Positions 17,618 to 26,137 of a stretch of 64,000 nucleotides of DNA are shown piece after piece. Origin of the DNA: a virus (Duplodnaviria > Caudoviricetes). A program made the position numbers and the translations under genes. The DNA lies in the IMG/VR virus record IMGVR_UViG_3300020011_000226, positions 1 to 64,000 of that record. One strand, given 5' to 3'. The notes under the pieces are model-generated. The model was not told the origin of the DNA. It was given only the letters and a program-made list of their open reading frames with translations, and made no database searches. Position 1 is the first letter of the stretch, and each line of letters opens with the position of its first letter.

Positions 17618-17631
17618 TCTAAAGCAACAAG

Positions 17632-17667
17632 AAGGTGTGAGGAGGGAAGAACCTCCTCCACCTTTTT
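17632..17667 (+). terminator. Intrinsic terminator after MCP
   Basis: AAGGTG..GGAGG/CCTCC..CACCTT stem plus T-run. Confidence 0.65.
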
Positions 17668-17706
17668 AAAACAAAGATACAAAAGAATAAATAGGAGAAG
17701 ATTAAA

Positions 17707-18717
17707 ATGGCAAGAACAAGAGTAGAGAAAAAACAAGAGCAGATGCCTGACTTTGCAGCCATCAAGCTTGATGAGGCAGAGCAGTTGCAAGAAGTAGCCA
17801 AGATTCCCAGCAGACCAAATGAAACACTGGCTGAAGAGACACAGGCAGAGGCTGGTGAGCCTATTAACTGTCTTAGGAATGAAAAGATTATTGTGAGGTT
17901 TGTACCTTCATCCAATGCTATGGTTCAAGGTAAGGGCCATGTTCTCTCAGGGGGTATGGCAGAGAATGCCACCCGTAGCTTTGTAGTGCCAAGACTCCGT
18001 TCTGGGCAGTATGTAAATGTACTGACAGACAATGAGATGGCCTGTTTGGAGAAGATTATGGGTCTAAGGAAGGGTGCTCTCAGCATCTACAACAAGGAGA
18101 ATAACTTCTGGAATGACAGCAATCCTGATGGCATTGGCAGTGTTACTCTGAGGAAGCAGGATAACTATTTTGACATGAGTGACCCCATTGACTATATCAA
18201 GGTCAAAGTGCTGCTTGCCAATAAAAACTATATCTGTCCTTCCCTTCAGGAGTTGAGAGACCGCAAGAAGGCAACCTATCAGTATGTCATAGTATCTGAG
18301 AATGCTGAAGCCCAGATTAGTCTTAGCAAGAATGAGACCAAGATGGAGTGCTATGTAGAGTATGGTGCTATCAGAAATGACATTGACACCCTGAGGATTG
18401 TCCTTGAGCTGCTTACAGGAAGACCCCTTGCACCTAATACCAAACTGCCCTTCCTGCAAGGCAAGGTCATGGAGTACATTGACAGTGACCCCAGAAAGTT
18501 CATCAAAGTTATCAAGGATGAATTACTGCCTGCCAAGATACTGGTCAAGAGAGCTGTTGATGCAGGACTGTTGACAGTAAGGAGCGGACTCTACTACTAT
18601 GAGGGAACTCCCATGTGTGAGGCAGGTGAGGATAGCACACTGGACAATGCAGCAAAGTATGTAAGCAATGTCAAGAGACAAGAGCTGAAATACTCACTTG
18701 AGGCAAAATTGAAGTAG
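17707..18717 (+). CDS. Conserved crAss-like head-module protein following MCP
   Basis: 336 aa, NNFW...LRK..FDMSDPIDYIK pattern; synteny. Confidence 0.6.
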   Translation: MARTRVEKKQEQMPDFAAIKLDEAEQLQEVAKIPSRPNETLAEETQAEAGEPINCLRNEKIIVRFVPSSNAMVQGKGHVLSGGMAENATRSFVVPRLRSGQYVNVLTDNEMACLEKIMGLRKGALSIYNKENNFWNDSNPDGIGSVTLRKQDNYFDMSDPIDYIKVKVLLANKNYICPSLQELRDRKKATYQYVIVSENAEAQISLSKNETKMECYVEYGAIRNDIDTLRIVLELLTGRPLAPNTKLPFLQGKVMEYIDSDPRKFIKVIKDELLPAKILVKRAVDAGLLTVRSGLYYYEGTPMCEAGEDSTLDNAAKYVSNVKRQELKYSLEAKLK

Positions 18718-18779
18718 AATAAACTAATGGTGGAGGGGCAGGGCAAACCTGTCCCCACACTAAATAAAAATAATAAAGT

Positions 18780-19187
18780 ATGAAGAGCTGGATAGTATAT
18801 GAGCATATATCTCCTTCTGGTAAGGTGTACATAGGTATAACTTGTCAGAAGCCTGAGAAACGTTGGAAAAGGGGCGCTGGTTATGTTAGGACAGATAACC
18901 ATCAACCTTTGTTTGCTAATGCTATTCTTAAGTATGGCTGGGATAATATAGAGCATAAGATCGTAGCAACAGGGCTTACTAAGAAAGAAGCCGCTGAAGT
19001 TTTGGGAATTAAAAACAAGTGTAATATTTCGGCTTCCATAGAACAGCGACAATGCCTTGTAAATGGTTATGTCTTTCTACAATGGGATAAAGATATTCCT
19101 ATTAAAGAAGATTGCATTTATAGGTGGTATGATTTAAGAGTTAATAATAGATATGATTCAGAAAGGAAAGTAAAGCATGGATTATAA
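18780..19187 (+). pseudogene. GIY-YIG homing endonuclease, apparently internally deleted
   Basis: WIVY..SPSGKVYIGIT..PEKRW..G.GY...AILKYGWDN N-terminus runs at TKKEA straight into a NUMOD1-like HTH (EAAEVLGI..NIS). The conserved Glu/YN segment is missing. Confidence 0.6.
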
Positions 19188-19926
19188 TGGTTTTAGTGAA
19201 GGGTTCGACATCCTTTTTAATAATGTTACGAGTAATCAAGCACCTGGGTTAAATACCCACGAAAAATCTTTGCTACTTACTAAGGCAGAATATGAGATAG
19301 TAAGAAATCTTTTCTCTGCCCAAAGTAAGGGTAATAACACAGGTTTGGGATTTGATGATTCAGCTATTAGACAGGCAGATTTTTCGAGTTTGATGAGTAC
19401 TAAGACAGGTACTCCTACTGTGGACAGTTCTATTGTAAAATCCCATAAGAACGGAAAGCTTTATCTATTCCCCGAAGATGTGTTTATTGTTATTAATGAA
19501 ATCTATAGGGTAGCAGCTAATGACTTACAAGTTATTCCATTACGATACGATGAATACACAAGGTTAATGTCCAAGCCTTTCAAGAGACCTGTGAGGGGAC
19601 AGGCATGGAGAATCATTGGAAGCGGAAACAAGGATAACAAGATAGTTGAGATTGTTGCAGCTCCTGAATTTGATACTGTTACAGGCGATTACATAGTCAG
19701 GTTCATCAGAAAACCAAAACCGATTATTGTTGGGGATTTAGATGGCTTAAATATTGACGGCTATACCTTTGGTACTGGTGACCATCAGATAGAAGGCTGT
19801 GAATTAGATTCAGCTCTTCATGATCTTATTCTTCAGAGAGCAGTAGAGCTGGCTAAAATTGCTTGGACTCAAACAGGACAAGATAATGCACAGGCTATGA
19901 TTCAGGCAGGACAGAGGAGTGAATAG
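19177..19926 (+). CDS. Tail ring (neck) protein
   Basis: Paralogous to the next ORF (EKS.LL..A, Y.VR...KP.PI, CEL...LH..IL.RAVE.A); crAss-like synteny. Confidence 0.7.
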   Translation: MDYNGFSEGFDILFNNVTSNQAPGLNTHEKSLLLTKAEYEIVRNLFSAQSKGNNTGLGFDDSAIRQADFSSLMSTKTGTPTVDSSIVKSHKNGKLYLFPEDVFIVINEIYRVAANDLQVIPLRYDEYTRLMSKPFKRPVRGQAWRIIGSGNKDNKIVEIVAAPEFDTVTGDYIVRFIRKPKPIIVGDLDGLNIDGYTFGTGDHQIEGCELDSALHDLILQRAVELAKIAWTQTGQDNAQAMIQAGQRSE

Positions 19927-19944
19927 TATAAATAAGGTGTAGGT

Positions 19945-20676
19945 ATGAATAACAAGGATTTCAGTAATGGCTTTGACAATCTTCTTAACTCCTATGCCCA
20001 CTCAGGCAGGTTTGGAGAGGATGTCTCTACTATAGACCTTAGAGTGGATGAGTATGAGAAGTCTCAGTTTCTTGCCTATGCCCAAGAGGATATAGTACTG
20101 TCCCTCTATACAGGCAGGAACTCTTCTACCTTAGGCTTTGAAGAGACTGAGGAACTGAGAAGGTATCTGTCTAATCTTGTGGAAGATGCGGAGCTTTCAC
20201 CTACCACTACCAGTAATGGCAAGCCTTTAGGAGTAGATTCCAATTCCAAGTTCTTCACCTTGCCAGATAACCTATGGTTCATCACCTATGAGAGTGTACT
20301 GATCTCCAATGGAAAGTGTGGTAATGATACTACTATGGAGGTAGTGCCAGTCAGACAGGATGAATACCATAGGCTTAAGAACAATCCATTCAGAGGGGCT
20401 AATGACAGAAGGTCATTAAGACTGGATTTGTCAGATGGTATGGTGGAGATAGTCAGCAAGTACAATGTAACTTCCTACTATGTGAGATACCTCAAGAAGA
20501 TAAAGCCAATAGTCCTCACAGATCTTAGAGAAGATGGACTGACCATCAATGGAGTGTCAGAGGCTACTGAGTGTGAGTTGCATGAGAGCCTTCATCATAG
20601 GATATTGGAAAGAGCTGTAGAGATGGCTATCAGGAGCAGAGTGGGAGGTAGGACTACTCAAAGCTCACAAGAATAA
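19945..20676 (+). CDS. Tail ring (neck) protein
   Basis: Shares EKS, Y.VRY.K..KPI and CELHESLH..ILERAVE motifs with the previous ORF. Confidence 0.7.
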   Translation: MNNKDFSNGFDNLLNSYAHSGRFGEDVSTIDLRVDEYEKSQFLAYAQEDIVLSLYTGRNSSTLGFEETEELRRYLSNLVEDAELSPTTTSNGKPLGVDSNSKFFTLPDNLWFITYESVLISNGKCGNDTTMEVVPVRQDEYHRLKNNPFRGANDRRSLRLDLSDGMVEIVSKYNVTSYYVRYLKKIKPIVLTDLREDGLTINGVSEATECELHESLHHRILERAVEMAIRSRVGGRTTQSSQE

Positions 20677-20767
20677 AAGAGAATAAAGAAGAATAAAAGA
20701 GATAGGTAACGTCTATCTGGTTTAGCCATGACCTGTAGACAATGTTTAATTTAAATGATTTGATATT

Positions 20768-21748
20768 ATGGCAAACTTTTCAACGACACAGGTGAGGCAG
20801 TTCTATGCTGCCAGTGCTTACAAGGCAACCGTAGAGAAGACTGATGCAGTTGGTACTATTGGTGCTATCAAGAAGATTGAGGATGGTCTGGGAGATCAGA
20901 TTATGTTCCTTTTTAAGGGTGCAGACACTGTACTCAGGAGTGACCTCATCCAGATTAAGAACATTGGCTATGCCAAGGCTATTGCAGCTGCTGACATGGT
21001 TACTGTGATGAAGAAGGTGAAGGTAGCCCTGAAGAGTGATGTAGCAGAGGGTGCTCCCGTTAGTGGTCAGGACTATATTCTGGGTATTAATTTAAAGAAC
21101 TTCTTCTCCAGCGGTGATGCTTACCAGTACTACAAGAGTGCTGTTGTTCATGCTACCAGTGGTATGACTGCTACCCAGTTCTATGCCAAGATGGTTGACA
21201 GCCTGAACCAGAACTTCAGCCGCGAGGATGGTGCCACCAAAACCTCTAACCCCTACCTGAAGTTTACCTCAGATGCCAATGGTGTTTATCTGGAGGAGCT
21301 TCCTCAGGAGTGGGTTCTTGGCATCAAGAAGGCTCGCAGGATTATGTTTGATGTTACCATTGGTGAGATCTACACTGGTGGTGATGATGTAACTTGGGGA
21401 GAAGCTACTGATGTTACTCCTGCCAAGGAGGATGCAGTAGTAGGAACCAATGCTGTCGGTAATGGCCAGAACATTGCTGACCTTGAGTGGTTCTGTGCAG
21501 GTGAGCGTGGTGACCAGTATAGGATGATGGGATGGCCTAACTACATTCCCACCAAGTATTTGGTAGACCCCACCAAGCAGTACAATGCACTGGAGATTCA
21601 CTATGCATTTACTGATGCAGGTACTGGTGACTACAGGACTGAGAAGGAGATTACCATTGTAGCAGAGGATGCTACTGAGCTGAATAAGTTCATTACTGCC
21701 TTCAATGCTGCTGCTGGTACTTCTATTGCTACACTGGCAACAGATTAA
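20768..21748 (+). CDS. Abundant structural protein, putative auxiliary capsid protein
   Basis: 326 aa, MCP-like codon bias, own terminator, position after two ring genes as in crassviruses. Confidence 0.6.
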   Translation: MANFSTTQVRQFYAASAYKATVEKTDAVGTIGAIKKIEDGLGDQIMFLFKGADTVLRSDLIQIKNIGYAKAIAAADMVTVMKKVKVALKSDVAEGAPVSGQDYILGINLKNFFSSGDAYQYYKSAVVHATSGMTATQFYAKMVDSLNQNFSREDGATKTSNPYLKFTSDANGVYLEELPQEWVLGIKKARRIMFDVTIGEIYTGGDDVTWGEATDVTPAKEDAVVGTNAVGNGQNIADLEWFCAGERGDQYRMMGWPNYIPTKYLVDPTKQYNALEIHYAFTDAGTGDYRTEKEITIVAEDATELNKFITAFNAAAGTSIATLATD

Positions 21749-21774
21749 CAGCTGTCATGCTGGACTGAACATGC

Positions 21775-21805
21775 GGGGAGAGGGATGTTTCCCTTTCCCC
21801 TTTTT
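21775..21805 (+). terminator. Intrinsic terminator
   Basis: GGGGAGAGGGA/TTCCCTTTCCCC stem plus T5. Confidence 0.7.
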
Positions 21806-21828
21806 ATTAACAAGTAAAAATAAAGATT

Positions 21829-22203
21829 ATGCAAAAAATTGATTTATATATTTCGAATGAGGCCCCCAATGTAAAGGGTGGGGCTGCTTGGCTGAAGCCT
21901 GTAGGCGGAGGTTTTACCCTCTATGTGTTGGATAATGGATGGAAGCCTGTCCAGTTGGTTGATGACAAGGGTACTGCCTCTGAAGGTGATGATATTCCTA
22001 TTGATACCAAGAACAAGGCAGACAAGGTGAAGAGTGCGACTAATGGCAACCTTGCAGCCCTAAACAGCAATGGCAACCTGACTGACTCAGGCAAGAAGGC
22101 TTCTGACTTTGCTCCTATGGGAACAGACGGCGATGCATCCACAGAGATGTCCCTTTATGGACTGAAGGCCTATATTGATGAGCAGATAGAGGCTCTTGGT
22201 TAA
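21829..22203 (+). CDS. Putative head fibre/decoration protein
   Basis: KADKV..ATNGNLAALNSNGNLTDSG fibre repeat. Confidence 0.5.
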   Translation: MQKIDLYISNEAPNVKGGAAWLKPVGGGFTLYVLDNGWKPVQLVDDKGTASEGDDIPIDTKNKADKVKSATNGNLAALNSNGNLTDSGKKASDFAPMGTDGDASTEMSLYGLKAYIDEQIEALG

Positions 22204-22249
22204 TAACGGCGGCAATGGCATTGCAGTAAACTAAAGAAGGAGGTGAGAG

Positions 22250-22819
22250 ATGATTATCTATGACCAATTGAGGATTTCAGATGATGGACAGAAGCTGTAT
22301 ATCAATGCACATGTCAATGGGGCAGAGGAGTTTCAGGACACTACTATTGAGGAGCTCTACATCTGTCTTGGCAGTCAAGTTTATGAAACCTTGACCATTG
22401 ATCCAGAGAGTAATGGCTACATCTACAAGAAAGACTATGAGGATGTCAAGGAGATTAATGAAGTCATTGAAATAAATGATGAGAGTCCTATCAGCTCTTT
22501 TTCCAAAGACCTTTTCTTTGTCTATGTGAAATGTGCCAATGTTCCAGGGGGAAGCTGCTGCTACACTATGGTGGGTAACTATGTGCTTGGTGTAGTGTTT
22601 GATGAGAGCCTGCTGTACCAGAAAGTAATGCAGTTCACCAAAAGTATGGCTGATGACTGCAAGATTCCTGTGGGATTCACTGACTTCATCCTCCTATGGA
22701 ATGCCTTTAAGGCTGCTGTGGAGACTGAGCACTTTGTGCCTGCCATCAAGTTCTATAACATGCTGTTTGATGAAACTAATGGTCATCAGACACCTAAACC
22801 TTGTGGATGCAATGGATGA
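22250..22819 (+). CDS. Putative tail hub/fibre-docking protein
   Basis: 189 aa, C-terminal PCGCNG; synteny. Confidence 0.5.
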   Translation: MIIYDQLRISDDGQKLYINAHVNGAEEFQDTTIEELYICLGSQVYETLTIDPESNGYIYKKDYEDVKEINEVIEINDESPISSFSKDLFFVYVKCANVPGGSCCYTMVGNYVLGVVFDESLLYQKVMQFTKSMADDCKIPVGFTDFILLWNAFKAAVETEHFVPAIKFYNMLFDETNGHQTPKPCGCNG

Positions 22820-23195
22820 GATGATTTACAATTCCCTCAGTGGCTATTACAGTGCCTTGGAGAAGCTTGGATATATGTCCTATAGCCAATCCCAGAAACT
22901 GTTGCTACTATGCTTCTACAGGGACTTTGTGTTTAATGACTACAGAGGACTGTTGAGCAAGGAAGACTATCATTTGATTGAGTGTGTTTTAAACTGTCTG
23001 TATGGCAGTAGTTGTTTAATACCTTATCCTGACTATTTGAAGATGAACAAGTTGAATTTAGGATGTATGTCAGAACTGGGTCAGAGAATCAAAGCCCTTG
23101 AGGAGGAGTCAGTACTGAAGATGATAGAGGATGCAAGCACTATTGACAATCCTGATGATGAGAGTGATGTGCATGTAATTCTGAATGGAGATTAA
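22812..23195 (+). CDS. Putative tail hub/fibre-docking protein
   Basis: Likely start ATG 22812 (MDEMIY...) overlapping the previous stop; CLIPYP motif; synteny. Confidence 0.5.
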   Translation: MDEMIYNSLSGYYSALEKLGYMSYSQSQKLLLLCFYRDFVFNDYRGLLSKEDYHLIECVLNCLYGSSCLIPYPDYLKMNKLNLGCMSELGQRIKALEEESVLKMIEDASTIDNPDDESDVHVILNGD

Positions 23196-23230
23196 GCAAT
23201 TTACTTAAAGTAGTAAATAGTTTCATTAAT

Positions 23231-23271
23231 ATGGCTCAAGGGTAGGCTTAAATGTTGTACCTTTGAGCCAT
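23231..23271 (+). promoter_or_regulatory. -7 promoter box embedded in a 14 bp inverted repeat
   Basis: ATGGCTCAAGGGTA...TACCTTTGAGCCAT (1 mismatch); TACCTTTG at 23258-23265. Confidence 0.5.
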
Positions 23272-23289
23272 AATAAACAATAATGGAAT

Positions 23290-23997
23290 ATGTTAGTCAA
23301 AGAATTAATCTATTCGATACTAGATCTTTCCAAGGCAGTTACCTCGGATGATTCATATATTACCGAGGAGTTAGTGCTGTTCCTGTGCAAGAAATACAGG
23401 GCATTTCTGCTGAAGAAAGAACAGGAGAAGGAGAAAACCTCTACAGACATAGCTTCTGAGTTTGAGTATCAGCAGATATGCTTGGACTTGGAGAAGACTG
23501 CTGCTATAGATGGAGAGCCTTGTACTGGAGGATATTATCTGAGGACTACCCAGAAGATACCCAAGATATTGGAGGGTACTCAGCCAAGAATTTATCCTAT
23601 AGACTACTACCAAGGCACTCACTTGACCTATATCTCCAGAGACAGGATGAGGTATGTTGGGAATAATCCGTACCTACAGAACATCACCTATGCTTCTTTA
23701 GGCCCCGACCTTCACCTGTACCTCAAGAGTAATAATCCACAGTTCCTGTACTTGAAGAAGCTGAGGATGAATGCTGTCTTTGAAGATATAGATGAAGCAG
23801 CTGATTATCTGTGTGATGAGGAGGGAGGCAGCAGGGCCTGTGATGTGATGGACATGGAATTCCCCATCAGGGAGTATCTTGTACCTTCACTCATTGAGCT
23901 AGTGGTCAAGGAGATTTCTGCCAGTAAATACCAACCGACTGACCTGAGGAACAATGCAAAGGATGATGTTCCACAAATGGCAGGACAAAGTAGATAG
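23290..23997 (+). CDS. Tail ring protein
   Basis: ELIYSILD...SDDS, YQQICLDLE, D.EFP, D..NNA.D motifs; synteny. Confidence 0.6.
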   Translation: MLVKELIYSILDLSKAVTSDDSYITEELVLFLCKKYRAFLLKKEQEKEKTSTDIASEFEYQQICLDLEKTAAIDGEPCTGGYYLRTTQKIPKILEGTQPRIYPIDYYQGTHLTYISRDRMRYVGNNPYLQNITYASLGPDLHLYLKSNNPQFLYLKKLRMNAVFEDIDEAADYLCDEEGGSRACDVMDMEFPIREYLVPSLIELVVKEISASKYQPTDLRNNAKDDVPQMAGQSR

Positions 23998-24005
23998 GAG
24001 TAGCT

Positions 24006-24545
24006 ATGGAGTTGGAAGAGTTCAGGAATAAGGTCTGTCAGAAAAGCAAGAAGGGAAAGAACTTCAAGGTGCAGAATTCCTTTGGTGTCTTTAGGGCCTA
24101 TAAGGTGCTTAAGAAGAACCATTGGTACAATATAGGCAGGCCTTTGAAGGAAAAAGAGTTCTTTAGGATTATCAGGGGTATCAATGACCTGTTGGCTGAG
24201 AATATTGTCAATGGTATTCCAGTCAAGTTCCCAGAGAAGATGGGAGAGCTGGAGCTTATGAAGGAAAAGAGAGGGGTAAGCTTTGTCGATGGTAAGTTGA
24301 AGAACACCTACCCAATAGACTGGGACAAGACCCTGAGACTATGGTACGAAGACCCTGAAGCCTACCAGCAGAGAATCCTTGTCAGGAATGAGCAGAAGGA
24401 AGTCTTTATTGTGAGGTACAAAAAGAATAGGGTAGCTTGCTATGAGAACAAGACATTCTATCAGTTTGTGCTGAACAGATTCATCAAGAAAGCACTGAAA
24501 GAGAATATACAGAACGGTAAAATAGATACACTATATGGTAAATGA
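24006..24545 (+). CDS. IHF-like basic DNA-binding protein
   Basis: IVNGIPVKFPEKMGELEL IHF-like beta motif, IDW.KT..LW; synteny. Confidence 0.6.
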   Translation: MELEEFRNKVCQKSKKGKNFKVQNSFGVFRAYKVLKKNHWYNIGRPLKEKEFFRIIRGINDLLAENIVNGIPVKFPEKMGELELMKEKRGVSFVDGKLKNTYPIDWDKTLRLWYEDPEAYQQRILVRNEQKEVFIVRYKKNRVACYENKTFYQFVLNRFIKKALKENIQNGKIDTLYGK

Positions 24546-25272
24546 GGTTAGATATACAAGCGTCAAGAGAGTATTGGAGGACTTGTTAGAGCATCCAATG
24601 CTTTCTGACTTGACATTGGAGCAAGTAGTCAGGCATGCCATGAGATTTATAGCTTTGCATGGATACCAGAAGCTCTATCAAGATAAGATAGAGGATGTGG
24701 AAATCCATGAGTTCAGGGGGCTGCTGCCTTGTGACCTTGTGAGAATCAATCAAGTGAAGGAGGTGAGGTCTGGTATCTGCTTGAGAGCCATGACAGACAA
24801 CTTTACTCCTGGAATGCAAGACAAACCCATGCAGCATCCTGACCATAGTATTAACAACCCCCCACACCCCTATCCCTATAGTGAGCTTGCCTTCAAGACA
24901 CAGGGTAGGGTGATATTTACCTCCTTCCCTGAGGGAGTGGTTACAGTGGCTTACAAGGCTATTCCTGTGGATGAAGATGGATTCCCTATGGTATTAGACA
25001 ATGAGGTGTATCTGGGTGCTTTGGAGGCCTACATCAAGAAGCAAGTTTTTACTGTAAAGTTTGATACAGGCAAGATAGCTGCAAGCATTCTCCAGAATGC
25101 CCAGACAGACTATGCACTACTAAGTCATGAACTGAGATTAGAGTTTACCACACCTTCTGTATCAGAGGCAGAAGCCCTCAGCAGGTTTGCTACATCGCTT
25201 ATACCAAGAGTGAGAGAATTTGATAGAGGGTTTGAATTTATGGGTAATAGACAATGGATAAGGAGGCATTAA
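24535..25272 (+). CDS. Tail tubular / first ring protein
   Basis: LPCDL, IFTSF.EG...VAYKAIPVDEDGFP motifs; upstream of the muzzle gene. Confidence 0.65.
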   Translation: MVNEVRYTSVKRVLEDLLEHPMLSDLTLEQVVRHAMRFIALHGYQKLYQDKIEDVEIHEFRGLLPCDLVRINQVKEVRSGICLRAMTDNFTPGMQDKPMQHPDHSINNPPHPYPYSELAFKTQGRVIFTSFPEGVVTVAYKAIPVDEDGFPMVLDNEVYLGALEAYIKKQVFTVKFDTGKIAASILQNAQTDYALLSHELRLEFTTPSVSEAEALSRFATSLIPRVREFDRGFEFMGNRQWIRRH

Positions 25273-25273
25273 T

Positions 25274-26134
25274 ATGGCAGAGCAGATAACAAAATTCCAG
25301 AATGACAAGTTCGACCCCATTGACTTTAACTATGATGAAGCTGTCAATAAACAACTTTGTGCTGTTGTAGACAGTGATGATAATGTCATAGGAACAGGTG
25401 TCGTAGTCTTGCAGTCCAGTTCCTATCTGGAGATTACCATAGATGGAGTGAAGTATGTGTTTGATGCCTACGGTTATCCAAGGAGCAACAATGCCGCAGG
25501 CTATACCCTCAAAATGGCAGAGTCAAGAGTCGACCCTGTGTCTGCTGGAAGTGTGGTGAGTGGCTCGACAAAATATACCAGAACTTATAATGCAGAAACT
25601 GGAGAAATGGAATATGAGGCTGACCCTAATAGCAGCTATCAGATGACCATAGACACATTGAATGCCAGAGACCAATTTGCCATTCAAGTACTGAGAGGCA
25701 TCATGGATAATTTGGAATCCCCAGAGACCAAGGGACAGAATGAAATATCCTATTACTGTGATGTAGCCTACAAGTGGGCAGCATACATGATGGCAGAGTC
25801 CAGTAAAGCAAGAGCACTTATCAAAGATGAGGATGAGAGCAGTATTGCCCATGCAGAGAATATAGGCTATCTTGCTGACAACACAGAGAAGCTGTTGAAC
25901 AACATCGTGGCAGCTATTGAGAAGCTGTCCGCAAAGACTGAAGCCAATAAGCCAGAGAGCCTGAGTACCATAGTCACCAAGCTAGATGCTATCCAGCAGA
26001 ACCTGACTGCCATGACTACAGGTTTGGTTGATGCCTTGAGTGCTATTACTACGGCTATAGACAATTTGAAGCTTAGTCCTACCATCAACAACAATATTAC
26101 TGTTCCAGAAACGAATAACCAAGGAGGAGAGTAG
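25274..26134 (+). CDS. Hypothetical protein with C-terminal coiled coil
   Basis: 286 aa ORF, LNARDQFA motif, in tail operon. Confidence 0.6.
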   Translation: MAEQITKFQNDKFDPIDFNYDEAVNKQLCAVVDSDDNVIGTGVVVLQSSSYLEITIDGVKYVFDAYGYPRSNNAAGYTLKMAESRVDPVSAGSVVSGSTKYTRTYNAETGEMEYEADPNSSYQMTIDTLNARDQFAIQVLRGIMDNLESPETKGQNEISYYCDVAYKWAAYMMAESSKARALIKDEDESSIAHAENIGYLADNTEKLLNNIVAAIEKLSAKTEANKPESLSTIVTKLDAIQQNLTAMTTGLVDALSAITTAIDNLKLSPTINNNITVPETNNQGGE

Positions 26135-26137
26135 AAT

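Noticed and set aside
20671-20700. Three 10 bp GAATAAA(A/G)(G/A)A tandem units
   Set aside because: Short low-complexity purine run at a gene end; no spacers and no evident function
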